64,000 bases of DNA from an uncultured Chloroflexia bacterium (GTDB lineage Bacteria; Chloroflexota; Dehalococcoidia; UBA2979): the NCBI GenBank assembly GCA_963728205.1, contig CAVSIV010000002.1, forward strand, positions 37,733-101,732, written 5' to 3'. The notes under the pieces were generated by a model. That model was not told where the DNA came from and did no database searches. It saw only the letters and a program-made list of their open reading frames with translations. The position numbers and the translations under genes were made by a program. Below are positions 1 to 8,933 of the stretch, in pieces; within the stretch, counting starts at the first letter, position 1, and every line of letters begins with the position of its first letter.

Positions 1-1627
1 AGTACCACCAGCCCTTCACGGACTGGTCGAGGAACTCGTGAATGTTCGGCGTGAACATGAACGCCATCGGGAAGTCCTGGACGATCTTCTTCTGCGCGTC
101 CTGCACGACCGACTGCCGCTCCTTGAAATCGACGGTGACGGCCTGCTTGTCGATGAGATCGAAGATGTCCTTGTTGTAGTGCTTGAAGTACGTCGAGTTC
201 TTGCCGAAGTAGGCAGACAGGTCCTCGTCTGGTTCGGGACTGTTGAGCGGGACGTGGTGTGAGAACGTGTAGTCGTACTTGTAGGTCTGGTTGTAGTACG
301 CGGCGAGCTCCATCGGCTTCAGCTCGATCTGCGCGTTGATCTTCGACAGCTGCTGCTTGATCACCTCGCCGATCTGGTCGGCGTCCGGGTTGGTCGCCCA
401 GATCATCGGCCCGGCGATGGACGGGTTCCCCGCCGCCTTGAGCAAGTCCGCCGCCTTCTTCGCGTCGAACCCGGCGAGCTCCTCGGTCAACGTCCAGTTC
501 GTGAACTGCGGGAGGATCGGGCCCTTCGTCAGCTGGCCGTCGCCGGAGTACACCAGGTCGAGCACGGACTTCTTGTCGATCGACCGCACGATCGCCTCGC
601 GCACGCGGATGTCGTCGAACGGCTTGACGTAGGGTTTGTCCTGCGTCGTCGGCATCATGCGGAACTCGCGCCAGAACTGGCTCGGCACCGCCTTGTACTG
701 CGAGTCGCTGCTGCGCCCGTTCTTCACGCGGTCGAGTTGCTGCTGCGTCGTCGTGAGTGCGTCGACCTTGTGGTCGAGGTACAGCGTCGCCTGCGTGTCG
801 GGCTCGGTGACGAGGAGGACGACGATGTTGTCGACGTACGGTTGTCCCGACACGAAGTAGTCGGGGTTCTTTTTCCAGGTGATCTGCACCGCCTTCTGCC
901 ACTCGTCGAAGATGAAGGGACCGGTGCCGACCACGTGCTGAGTGAGGTCGCCGTACTTCTCGACGGCCTCGCGGTTCACCATGCAGGTCCACGGCGAGCT
1001 GATGTAGTTCTGGAAGGGTGCGTACGGTCCCTTCGTCTTGAAGATCACCGTGTGGTCGTCGGGCGTCTGGATGTCGTCCAGCTTGTCCTTGAAGTAGTAG
1101 GCATGCTGGAACTTGCCCGGGTCGTCCGTCGCCTGCCGCTGGATGCTGTACTTGACGTCTTCTGCGACGAATTCGCGCCCGTTCACGGGCTCGATGTTCT
1201 GGAACTTGATGCCCTTCTTGAGCTTGTAGACGTAGGTCTGCGCGTCGGGGACCTCGGGCAGCGCCTCGGTCATCTCCGGCTCGATCTTCGTGAGGTCGCC
1301 GGTGAAGCGTGTGAGGATGTTGTAGCCCATGCGCATCGGCCAGAACGTGTCGAAGGCCGGGTCGAGGCTGCGTGGTTCAGAACCGGTCACCGTGGTGAAC
1401 GTGCCGCCGCTCTTCGGCTGCTGGCCGGCCGCGGCCGTCGAGGCGCCGGCGGTGGCTGAACTGCCGCCGCTGGACGTGGCGCCCCCGCCGCTCGTCGCGG
1501 TCGGCGTGGATGAGCTGCTGCCGCATCCGATCAGCGCCGCCCCCGCGAGCCCGGCGGTTGCCAGGCCCGCCCCGCGCAGCGCGGCGCGCCGACCCACGGC
1601 CCGCGTCCAGTAGTTCCCCTCGCGCAT
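1..1627 (-). CDS. ABC transporter substrate-binding lipoprotein, family 5 (peptide/nickel, DppA/OppA-like); 3' end runs off the window
   Basis: Absent from the ORF track because it is open to position 1. My reverse translation from ATG 1627-1625 (GAGGAGGG 5 nt upstream) gives MREGNYWTRAVGRRAALRGAGLATAGLAGAALIGCGSSS (RR n-region plus lipobox LIGC), then ...GGTFTTVTGSEPRSLDPAF...VGTGPFIFDEWQK..., typical of SBP_bac_5. Confidence 0.85.
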   Translation of the reverse strand, partial: MREGNYWTRAVGRRAALRGAGLATAGLAGAALIGCGSSSSTPTATSGGGATSSGGSSATAGASTAAAGQQPKSGGTFTTVTGSEPRSLDPAFDTFWPMRMGYNILTRFTGDLTKIEPEMTEALPEVPDAQTYVYKLKKGIKFQNIEPVNGREFVAEDVKYSIQRQATDDPGKFQHAYYFKDKLDDIQTPDDHTVIFKTKGPYAPFQNYISSPWTCMVNREAVEKYGDLTQHVVGTGPFIFDEWQKAVQITWKKNPDYFVSGQPYVDNIVVLLVTEPDTQATLYLDHKVDALTTTQQQLDRVKNGRSSDSQYKAVPSQFWREFRMMPTTQDKPYVKPFDDIRVREAIVRSIDKKSVLDLVYSGDGQLTKGPILPQFTNWTLTEELAGFDAKKAADLLKAAGNPSIAGPMIWATNPDADQIGEVIKQQLSKINAQIELKPMELAAYYNQTYKYDYTFSHHVPLNSPEPDEDLSAYFGKNSTYFKHYNKDIFDLIDKQAVTVDFKERQSVVQDAQKKIVQDFPMAFMFTPNIHEFLDQSVKGWWY

Positions 1628-1738
1628 CCGTTCCCTCCTCTGGACACGCCGCGGCCGGTGGTGGCCGGCGGCGATATGCGCGGAGTTTATACACGGATGT
1701 AAAGCAGCGATGTGATAACGAGTCGACGAGCGAGGCGC

Positions 1739-3142
1739 CTACTGGCGCGTCTGCAGGAACGCCACCAGGGCGCTGAGCTGATCCGGCGACAGCGTCTTCG
1801 CGAACGCGGGCATGTTGTGCCCGCCGTTCAGGATCCGCCACGTCATCTGGTCCGACGACAGCCGCCGCCCGACGGTCGACAGGTTCGGCCCGCGGTCGCC
1901 GCCCACGCCGCCGATCGTGTGGCACGCGATGCAGCCGTGCGCCTGGAAGAGCTGCGCTCCGGTCGCCGGCTCGCCGCTCAGCGACGCCGTCACCGCGGTC
2001 GGTAGCGCCGGCGGCGGCAGGGCGGGCGACCACGGCGCGAGGTGCCCCTCGTAGATCAACGCGGCCATCGCGATCACCAGCACGCCGACCGTGCCCACGG
2101 CCCACGGCCGGCGCCGCAGGCTGCGCTCGCCGCGCGGGAACACGAACGGCACGAGGAACAGCACTGCCGCGGCCAGCGCCGGTAGCCCGATGATCAGCCA
2201 GTCCTCCAGCTTCGGCGGGATCAGCGCCAGCAGCGCGAACAGCCAGAGGAAGTACCAGTCCGGCCGCGGGTCGGCGTGGAGGTTCGCCGGGTTCGCCCGC
2301 GCCGCCAGCGCCTTCGGCCCCACGAACACGGCGAGCGCCACCACGATCACGCCGATGCCGAGCGCGAAGACGACGTCGCGCCACGCCGCGTCCGGCCAGA
2401 ACGGGATGCCGTCGCGGCGCAGCAACTCCTCGTACTCCTCCTCGTAGGTCTCCGGGTCCACCGTCGCGCCGGGCCGCGGCGGCTCGGAGATGCCGTGCCG
2501 CACGACCAGGAAGAGGTGCACGCCGACCGTCCCGAAGATCAGCGCCGGCAACAGGAAGACGTGCGTCGCGTAGAAGCGCGTCAGCGTGGCGCCACCGATG
2601 GTCTTGCCGGCGATCACGACGTGCGCGACGAGGTTGCCGATCACCGGCGTCCGCGCGCCCTGCTCGGCGGCGACCGCGATCGCCCAGTACGCGTCCTGGT
2701 CCCAGCGCAGCAGCTGACCGGTGAACGCCATGCCGAGCGTGAGGAACAGGAGTACGACGCCGGTCAGCCAGTTCAGCTCGCGCGGGAACTTGAACGCGCC
2801 CGTGAGGAAGACGCGGATCGCGTGGAGCGCGATCAGGATCACCATCGCCGACGCGCCCCAGTAGTGGATGCCGCGGATCACGCGCCCGAGCGTCGCCGTC
2901 TGCGAGATGAACTGCAGACTGTCGTAGGCGTGCGCGGTGGTCGGCACGTACGTGAAGGCGAGCGCGACGCCCGTGATCACCTGCATCACGAACGCCACGA
3001 GCGTCGCGCTGCCCAGCACGTACCACCAGTTCACGTTCCGCGGCACCGGGTGCTGGATGACCGGCAGCATCCAGCGCGAGAACGCCAGCCGGTGGTCCAG
3101 CCACCGCGCCACGGCGCGTACCCATTCCGTCGCGGTGTGCAT
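1739..3142 (-). CDS. qcrB: cytochrome b (b6 plus subunit-IV-like) fused to a C-terminal mono-haem cytochrome c domain (bc complex)
   Basis: In-frame part of track ORF 1739..3415. ATG at 3142 (MHTATEWVRAVARWLDHRL) lies 2 nt after the Rieske stop. Cytochrome b motifs IRGIHYWGASAMV and FYATHVFLLPA are present. The C-terminus has AHGCIACH (CxxCH) and GGHNMPAF. Confidence 0.9.
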   Translation of the reverse strand: MHTATEWVRAVARWLDHRLAFSRWMLPVIQHPVPRNVNWWYVLGSATLVAFVMQVITGVALAFTYVPTTAHAYDSLQFISQTATLGRVIRGIHYWGASAMVILIALHAIRVFLTGAFKFPRELNWLTGVVLLFLTLGMAFTGQLLRWDQDAYWAIAVAAEQGARTPVIGNLVAHVVIAGKTIGGATLTRFYATHVFLLPALIFGTVGVHLFLVVRHGISEPPRPGATVDPETYEEEYEELLRRDGIPFWPDAAWRDVVFALGIGVIVVALAVFVGPKALAARANPANLHADPRPDWYFLWLFALLALIPPKLEDWLIIGLPALAAAVLFLVPFVFPRGERSLRRRPWAVGTVGVLVIAMAALIYEGHLAPWSPALPPPALPTAVTASLSGEPATGAQLFQAHGCIACHTIGGVGGDRGPNLSTVGRRLSSDQMTWRILNGGHNMPAFAKTLSPDQLSALVAFLQTRQ

Positions 3143-3144
3143 GG

Positions 3145-3618
3145 TCACGGCACCTGCAGCCCGCGCGTGAGCAGCTGCACGTGTCCGCCCTGCACGCGCG
3201 TCTCGTAGTGGAACAGCGCGTGCGGCGGCGGCCCGGCGGCCACCTCGCCATCCGCGTAGTACACGCCGCCGTGACACGGGCAGAGGAACAGCCCCGCGTC
3301 CTGGAGCCACGACACGGGACAGCCGAGGTGCGTGCAGTTCACCGCGAACGCCGTGAACCTGTCGTTCGAGTCGCGCCGCAGCCACGCGCCGATCGTCGCG
3401 GTCTGGCCGGCCCACGGCAGCGGCGACGGGTCCTGGAACGTGACCTCGACGGTCTTTCCCACCTCGAACTGATCGACCGCCCCGACGTCCTCCCAGCGGT
3501 CCGCCGCCGGGTGGATCAGCGGCTCGAGCAGGTAGCCGACGATCGGCACGATCACGACCGCGCCGGCGAGGCCGCTGAGCCCGAGCATCGACACGTTGAG
3601 GAACCGCCTGCGGTTCAC
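3145..3618 (-). CDS. qcrA: Rieske [2Fe-2S] iron-sulfur subunit of the bc complex, Tat-type signal
   Basis: C-terminal part of track ORF 3145..3873. GTG at 3618 overlaps the upstream stop (GTGA). Sequence VNRRRFLNVSMLGL..., with CTHLGCP and CPCHGG cluster boxes. Confidence 0.88.
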   Translation of the reverse strand: MNRRRFLNVSMLGLSGLAGAVVIVPIVGYLLEPLIHPAADRWEDVGAVDQFEVGKTVEVTFQDPSPLPWAGQTATIGAWLRRDSNDRFTAFAVNCTHLGCPVSWLQDAGLFLCPCHGGVYYADGEVAAGPPPHALFHYETRVQGGHVQLLTRGLQVP

Positions 3619-3824
3619 GCGATCAGCTCCCGCACCCAGCCGCCGATCGCGAAGGCGATCAACGCGAGCCCCACGCCGGTGAACGCGTACGACGACGTGA
3701 AGCCGAACGCGAACAGCGTCACGCCACCGGCGAGCACGAACGGCCAGATCGAGGGCGCGGTCTCGCCGCCCTCGCGCGCAGCCGCCTGGTCCGCCGCCGG
3801 CTGGTCGACCGACTCGTACGTCAT
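3615..3824 (-). CDS. small two-TM membrane protein, probable oxidase subunit-IV-like accessory subunit
   Basis: Last 69 codons of shadow ORF 3615..6602: MTYESVDQPAADQAAAREGGETAPSIWPFVLAGGVTLFAFGFTSSYAFTGVGLALIAFAIGGWVRELIA. Its ATG overlaps the ctaD-E stop (ATGA) and its stop overlaps the Rieske GTG. Function is inferred from position only. Confidence 0.55.
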   Translation of the reverse strand: MTYESVDQPAADQAAAREGGETAPSIWPFVLAGGVTLFAFGFTSSYAFTGVGLALIAFAIGGWVRELIA

Positions 3825-6124
3825 CGCAGCGACCCCAGGTAGACGACCGTGAAGATGACGATCCAGACGGCATCGACGAAGTGCCAGTACGTCGCCACCG
3901 TCGTGACGCCGGCGTGCCCGCGACCGCGTCCCACGTCCCCGCGGAAGCCGAGTGCCGCGACCACGCAGAGCGCGATCACGCCGAGCGTGACGTGCAGCGC
4001 GTGGAAGCCCGTGAGCGTGAAGAACGCCGAGGTGAAGATGTTGCGCCCGAGCGTGACGTGATCGGCGTACAGCGCGCGGAACTCCGTCGCCTGCCCGTAG
4101 AGGAACACCAGGCCGAGCACGATGGTCAGCACGATCAGCCACCGGAAGCCGCGCGCGTCGTCGCGTCGCAGCCGGAGCTCCGCGAGCACCGCGGTGCCGC
4201 TGCTCGCCCACAGCGCGAGGCTGAAGAGCGCGGTGCGCGGGACGTCGAGCGCGGATGCCGTGGGGCCGGCGGCCGGGTGCTGGTACAGGAGGTACGCGAC
4301 GATCAGCGCGCCGAAGAAGATCGACTCGGTGCCGATGAACGCGAACATGCCGAGCACGGGGGCGGGGAAGCGCCGCGCGCCGTCGGTCACGTCTGAGTCG
4401 GTCTCCGTGGACGCGGCGACGGAGGCCGGCGTGACCCCGGCAGCGGGCGTGCCGGGATCGTCGCGGCGCGTATCGGCGTCGTTCGTCGCGCGGCCGTCGC
4501 GCTCGCGCGCGGACGCGAGGTCGGCGAGCGGCCGGAACGACCGAATCGGCGGCAGCGCGTCGAAGTTGTGCGCGGGCGGCGGCGAGGTGGTTGCCCACTC
4601 CAGCGTCGCGCCGTCCCACGGGTTGTCGCCCGCCCGCTCGCCGCTGCGGAGGCTCACCCAGATGTTCCACAGCAGGAGCAGCACCGACACCGCGAGCACG
4701 AACGAACCGACGGTCTCGAGCAAATTGAGCGCAGCCCATCCGGGCAGGTCCGGGTAGGTGAAGACGCGGCGCGGCATCCCGAGCACGCCGAGCACGTGCA
4801 TCGGGAGGAACGTGAGGTTGAAGCCGATGAACGTGAGCCAGAAGTGCCACTTGCCGATGCGCTCGCTCAGCATGCGGCCGGAGATCTTCGGGAACCAGTA
4901 GTAGGCGGCGGCGAGCATCGCGAGCGCGGTCCCGCCGAACAGCACGTAGTGGAAGTGGCCGACCACGTAGTAGCTGTCCGTTAGCTGCCGGTCCGCCGGA
5001 GCCAGCGCGAACTGGACGCCGGTGATGCCGCCGATGGTGAACATCGGGATGAACGCGATCGCGAACAGCATCGCGGTTGTGAAGCGCAGCTTGCCGCCCC
5101 ACATCGTCGCCAGCCAGTTGAAGATCTTGATGCCGGTGGGGATCGCGATCAGCAGGCTCGCGGCCGAGAAGAAGCCGTTGAGCAGCGGGCTCATGCCGAC
5201 GGCGAACATGTGGTGCGCCCACACGAGGAAGCTGAGGAAGCTGATGCCGATCCCCGCAGCGACGAGGAACGCGTAGCCGAACGCCGGCTTGCCGGAGAAG
5301 GTCGCGATCACCTCGGTGATCATGCCGAAGGCCGGCAGCACCATGATGTAGACCTCGGGGTGCCCGAAGAACCAGAACATGTGCTGCCACAGCAGCGCGT
5401 CGCCGCCGCCGGCGACGTTGTAGAAGTCCGTGCCGAGGTGCCGGTCGAGGAACAGCGTGATCTGCGCCATCGCCAGGCTCGGCATCGCGCCGATGATCAG
5501 CAGCGCGTCGATCAGCGACATCCAGACGAAGATCGGCATGCGCCCGAGCGTCATCCCCGGTGCGCGCTCGCTGATGATCGTGACGAGCAGGTTGATGCCG
5601 GTGGCGATCGTACCGGCGCTGGTCACAAGCAGGGCCAGGATCCAGTAGTCCGTGGCGGGGTTGCTGCTGAACGGGCGCTCGGTGAGCGGCGCGTACGCGA
5701 ACCACCCCACGTTCGGGACGTCGCCCGGCAGGAACGAGTAGTAGAGCATCAGGCCGCCGAACAGCAGCAGCCAGTAGCTCATCGCGTTGAGACGCGGGAA
5801 CGCCATGTCCCGCGCGCCGATCATGAGCGGGACGAAGTAGTTCGCGAAGCCGAGCAGCATCGGCATCACGACGAGGAAGATCATCGTCGTCCCGTGCATC
5901 GTGAAGAGCGCGTTGTACGCCGCCGGCGACAGCACTCGCGCGTTCGGCAGCGCCAGCTGGATGCGCATCACCAGCGCTTCGATGCCGCCCAGGGCGAAGA
6001 AGACCAGCGTCGTCACGAGGTACAGGACGCCGATCCGCTTGTGGTCGACGGTCGTCATCCACTCCCACGCCCGGGAGCGCGTCGTGCCCCCGTCGCGCGC
6101 GCGTCCGACTGCGGTCGCCGCCAT
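3821..6124 (-). CDS. ctaD: cytochrome c oxidase subunit I fused to subunit III
   Basis: Track ORF, 767 aa. N-terminal about 540 aa carry WFFGHPEVYIMVLPAFG and WAHHMF. C-terminal about 200 aa are subunit-III-like (FIGTESIFFGALI...YWHFVDAVWIVIF). Confidence 0.95.
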   Translation of the reverse strand: MAATAVGRARDGGTTRSRAWEWMTTVDHKRIGVLYLVTTLVFFALGGIEALVMRIQLALPNARVLSPAAYNALFTMHGTTMIFLVVMPMLLGFANYFVPLMIGARDMAFPRLNAMSYWLLLFGGLMLYYSFLPGDVPNVGWFAYAPLTERPFSSNPATDYWILALLVTSAGTIATGINLLVTIISERAPGMTLGRMPIFVWMSLIDALLIIGAMPSLAMAQITLFLDRHLGTDFYNVAGGGDALLWQHMFWFFGHPEVYIMVLPAFGMITEVIATFSGKPAFGYAFLVAAGIGISFLSFLVWAHHMFAVGMSPLLNGFFSAASLLIAIPTGIKIFNWLATMWGGKLRFTTAMLFAIAFIPMFTIGGITGVQFALAPADRQLTDSYYVVGHFHYVLFGGTALAMLAAAYYWFPKISGRMLSERIGKWHFWLTFIGFNLTFLPMHVLGVLGMPRRVFTYPDLPGWAALNLLETVGSFVLAVSVLLLLWNIWVSLRSGERAGDNPWDGATLEWATTSPPPAHNFDALPPIRSFRPLADLASARERDGRATNDADTRRDDPGTPAAGVTPASVAASTETDSDVTDGARRFPAPVLGMFAFIGTESIFFGALIVAYLLYQHPAAGPTASALDVPRTALFSLALWASSGTAVLAELRLRRDDARGFRWLIVLTIVLGLVFLYGQATEFRALYADHVTLGRNIFTSAFFTLTGFHALHVTLGVIALCVVAALGFRGDVGRGRGHAGVTTVATYWHFVDAVWIVIFTVVYLGSLR

Positions 6125-7177
6125 TTACTTGAGCCCTTCGAGGTACGCGGTCAGCGCCTGCGCGTCGGCCGCGGAGAGGCCGAGGCTCGGCATAAGCACG
6201 CCGGGCTTCACCGCGTGCGGGTCCGTCAGCCAGCGCGTCATGTTGGCGGGCGTGTTGTCGAGTACGCCGCCCGCGATCAGCGCGCGGCTTCCGACGTGCG
6301 TCAGGTTGGGGCCGGCCGTCCCGCGCGCCCTGGTGCCCGCGACCGTGTGGCAGCTCGCGCACGCCAGCGAGGTGAACAGCTGCTCGCCCCGCGCCGCCGG
6401 CCCACCACTGGGCACGGCCGCCGGCGCCTCCTGCGCCGTGAGCCACGCCTGGAAGTCCTGCGGAGATTGCGCGACGACCTGCAACCGCATCCATGCGTGC
6501 TCGAGCCCGCAGAATTCCGTGCATGCGCCCTGGAACGTGCCGGCCCGGTCGAGCGTGATCGAGAGCGTGTTCGGCTTGCCTGGAATCGCGTCCTGTTTCC
6601 ACCCGAAGCGCGGCACCCAGAAGCTGTGGATCACGTCGTCCGACGTGACCGTGATCGCGATCGGCGTGTTGATCGGCACGTGGAGCTCATCGGCCGTGAC
6701 GACGCCCGACCCGGGGTAGCGGAACTCCCACCACCACTGGTGGCCGACGACCTGGATCTGCAGCGCGTTGGGGCCGGACGTCGCGTCGACGGTGCGCATC
6801 GTGCGCACCGAGATGACGAAGAGCGTCGCGACGATCGCGAGGGTCGCGAGCGTCCACGTGACCTCGAGGCGGCGGTTCCCGGCGACGTCGCTTGCTGCCT
6901 CGCGCACGCTCGCGCGGTAGTGGACGAGCACCCACCCGAGCAGCCCGACGACGATCAGGAACAGGATCGTGCCGATCGCGAACGAGATGCCGAAGAGCCC
7001 GAGGATCGCGTCGCCCCGCCCGGAGGCCGGTTGCATCGCGTCGGGCAGCGTCGCGCACCCGGTGGCGGTGAGCGCGATCGCGATCAGCGCGACCGCGCCC
7101 CGAGCGTGCTTCCTCGGTCCGAGCCCCGCGCCTCGGGAGGCACGGGAGCCACGCTGCCGGGATGGAGGGGCATCCAT
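6125..7177 (-). CDS. ctaC: cytochrome c oxidase subunit II with C-terminal cytochrome c domain (caa3-type), lipoprotein-like signal
   Basis: Track ORF, 350 aa. CuA site CTEFCGLEHAWM, C-terminal CASCH haem-c motif, N-terminal ...ALTATGCA. Its stop directly abuts the ctaD start. Confidence 0.93.
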   Translation of the reverse strand: MDAPPSRQRGSRASRGAGLGPRKHARGAVALIAIALTATGCATLPDAMQPASGRGDAILGLFGISFAIGTILFLIVVGLLGWVLVHYRASVREAASDVAGNRRLEVTWTLATLAIVATLFVISVRTMRTVDATSGPNALQIQVVGHQWWWEFRYPGSGVVTADELHVPINTPIAITVTSDDVIHSFWVPRFGWKQDAIPGKPNTLSITLDRAGTFQGACTEFCGLEHAWMRLQVVAQSPQDFQAWLTAQEAPAAVPSGGPAARGEQLFTSLACASCHTVAGTRARGTAGPNLTHVGSRALIAGGVLDNTPANMTRWLTDPHAVKPGVLMPSLGLSAADAQALTAYLEGLK

Positions 7178-7504
7178 GCGGCATCACTCTCGCCGGGGTG
7201 GGATGAGGCCAACGGATCCACCGTACTCGCCCCGTGCCACCCCGATGCCCGCGTGGACGGCGCCGTGCTCCTCGGTGCGCCGCGGCGCATTCCGGGCGAT
7301 GCGGGCGCGCCCGACCAGGGCGCCGCGCTGCCCCGGCGTCCGCGAGCCCGACGCCGGGTCGCGCACTCGCGGGCGCGACCTGTGGCATCCTCGGCGCGAT
7401 CCCGGCGACGGCCGGGCGCCGCGGAGACGGCGCGGCCGGACCGCTGCGTGCCCGCGCGCACCGCTCGGGGGACGTCGGGACTGCGGGCTGCGAGGAGGTG
7501 CGAC

Positions 7505-8530
7505 GTGCGAGTGACGGTCACCGGCGGCACGGGGTTCGTGGGCTCGCACACGGTGGCGGCTCTGCGCCGCGCCGGTCACGACGTCCGCCTGCTGGCGCGG
7601 ACGCCCGAGCGCGTCGCCGACGCGCTGGGACCGGTGGGGGTCGACGCCGGCGCGGTCGACGTCGTCCCCGGCGATGTCACCGACGCCGCGAGCGTCGCAC
7701 GCGCGGTGGACGGCGCCGACGCCGTCGTCCACGCCGCGTCCGTCTACTCGCTCGACCGCCGCGCCGCGGAGGCGATCGAGCGCACGAACGTGGAGGGCAC
7801 GCGGATCGTCCTCGAGGCGGCACACCGCGCGGGCGCGCGGCGGATCGTGCACGTCTCCACGCTGGTGGCGCTGGCCGGCGTGCGCGGCGCGCGCGTTGGT
7901 CCCGACACCCCGCCGTTCGACGCCGTCGGCGCGTACCAGCGCTCGAAGGCGGCGTCCAATCGCGTGGCGCGCGCGATGCAGCACGCGGGCGCGCCCGTCC
8001 GCATCTCGTACCCCGGGATGGTGTGGGGCCCGCACGACCCGAACTTCGGCGAGACGAGCATCCTCGTGCGCAACGCGCTGCGGGGGCTGTTCCTCGTGCT
8101 GCCCGCGAGCACGTGGCCCGTCTGCGACGTACGCGACGTCGCGGAGCTGCACGTCGCGCTCGTCGAGCGCGACACGCCGGGATCCCGCTACCTCGCGCCG
8201 GTGCACACGCTGCGTGAACGCGAGCTCATGCACGCGATCGCGCAGGCCACCGGGCGCCGCCTGCCGGTCGTGCCGGTCCCGCGCACGCTCGCGCTGCTGG
8301 TCTCGCGCGCGTCGGACCTGGCGGCCCGCGCGACCCCGTTCGCGACGCCCTTCCCGTACGAGGGCACCTGGTTCGTCGCGCAGCGCGTGCGTCCCGACGA
8401 CGAGTCCACCCGGCGCGACCTCGGCCTGCAGCCGCGTCCGCTGGCCGAGACGGTGTCCGACACGATCCGCTGGCTGGCGGATGTCGGGTACGTATCGCGA
8501 CGCTTGGCGGGCCGCCTCGCGCCGTCCTGA
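7505..8530 (+). CDS. NAD(P)-dependent epimerase/dehydratase family (extended SDR) protein
   Basis: C-terminal 341 codons of shadow ORF 5210..8530. GTG 7505 is preceded by GAGGAGG. VRVTVTGGTGFVGSH Rossmann motif and YQRSK catalytic motif. Confidence 0.85.
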   Translation: MRVTVTGGTGFVGSHTVAALRRAGHDVRLLARTPERVADALGPVGVDAGAVDVVPGDVTDAASVARAVDGADAVVHAASVYSLDRRAAEAIERTNVEGTRIVLEAAHRAGARRIVHVSTLVALAGVRGARVGPDTPPFDAVGAYQRSKAASNRVARAMQHAGAPVRISYPGMVWGPHDPNFGETSILVRNALRGLFLVLPASTWPVCDVRDVAELHVALVERDTPGSRYLAPVHTLRERELMHAIAQATGRRLPVVPVPRTLALLVSRASDLAARATPFATPFPYEGTWFVAQRVRPDDESTRRDLGLQPRPLAETVSDTIRWLADVGYVSRRLAGRLAPS

Positions 8531-8933
8531 GCTCGGTCCGGGCCTCCGGGCGCCCGCACCCTTGCGAAGGCGAGCGCGGCCGGTATGCTGGCGCGAAGCG
8601 CAGAGGGCCGGCGCGAGGAGCCTCTATTGAGATCACCCCTTCGAGCCGCGGCCCGCCCTGCTCGCATGCGCCCGCGTCGCGACCCGACGTCGCACCGCGG
8701 CCCGGCGGGCTCGCGTTCTGCGGGCTCCCCCTGCTCGCCCGGCTCCACGGCCTCGCGCGTGATCATCGGCGACGGGCGGTTCGCCGACGACGCGTGCGAG
8801 GCGTGCGGACGAGCAGAGCTCGACCGGATCGGCCGCAGCCCGTGCTCGCTCGTCATCGTCCAGCATCACCCGTTGGTCCGGGCCGCGCTGCGGGGCCCGG
8901 GGCGCGGGTACGCAGCGCGGAACGAGGATCGCC

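Noticed and set aside
3615-6602. Very long track ORFs such as 3615..6602(-), 5210..7504(+ part), 1377..3251(-), 36107..39040(-), 43831..46419(+ part), 52526..54940(+) and 62157..63962(+).
   Set aside because: Each lies antisense or out of frame to a gene with unmistakable family motifs. Their translations are dominated by Arg/Ala/Pro/Gly/Asp runs, which is typical of high-GC shadow ORFs. Only their in-frame terminal segments were kept, where they coincide with real genes.
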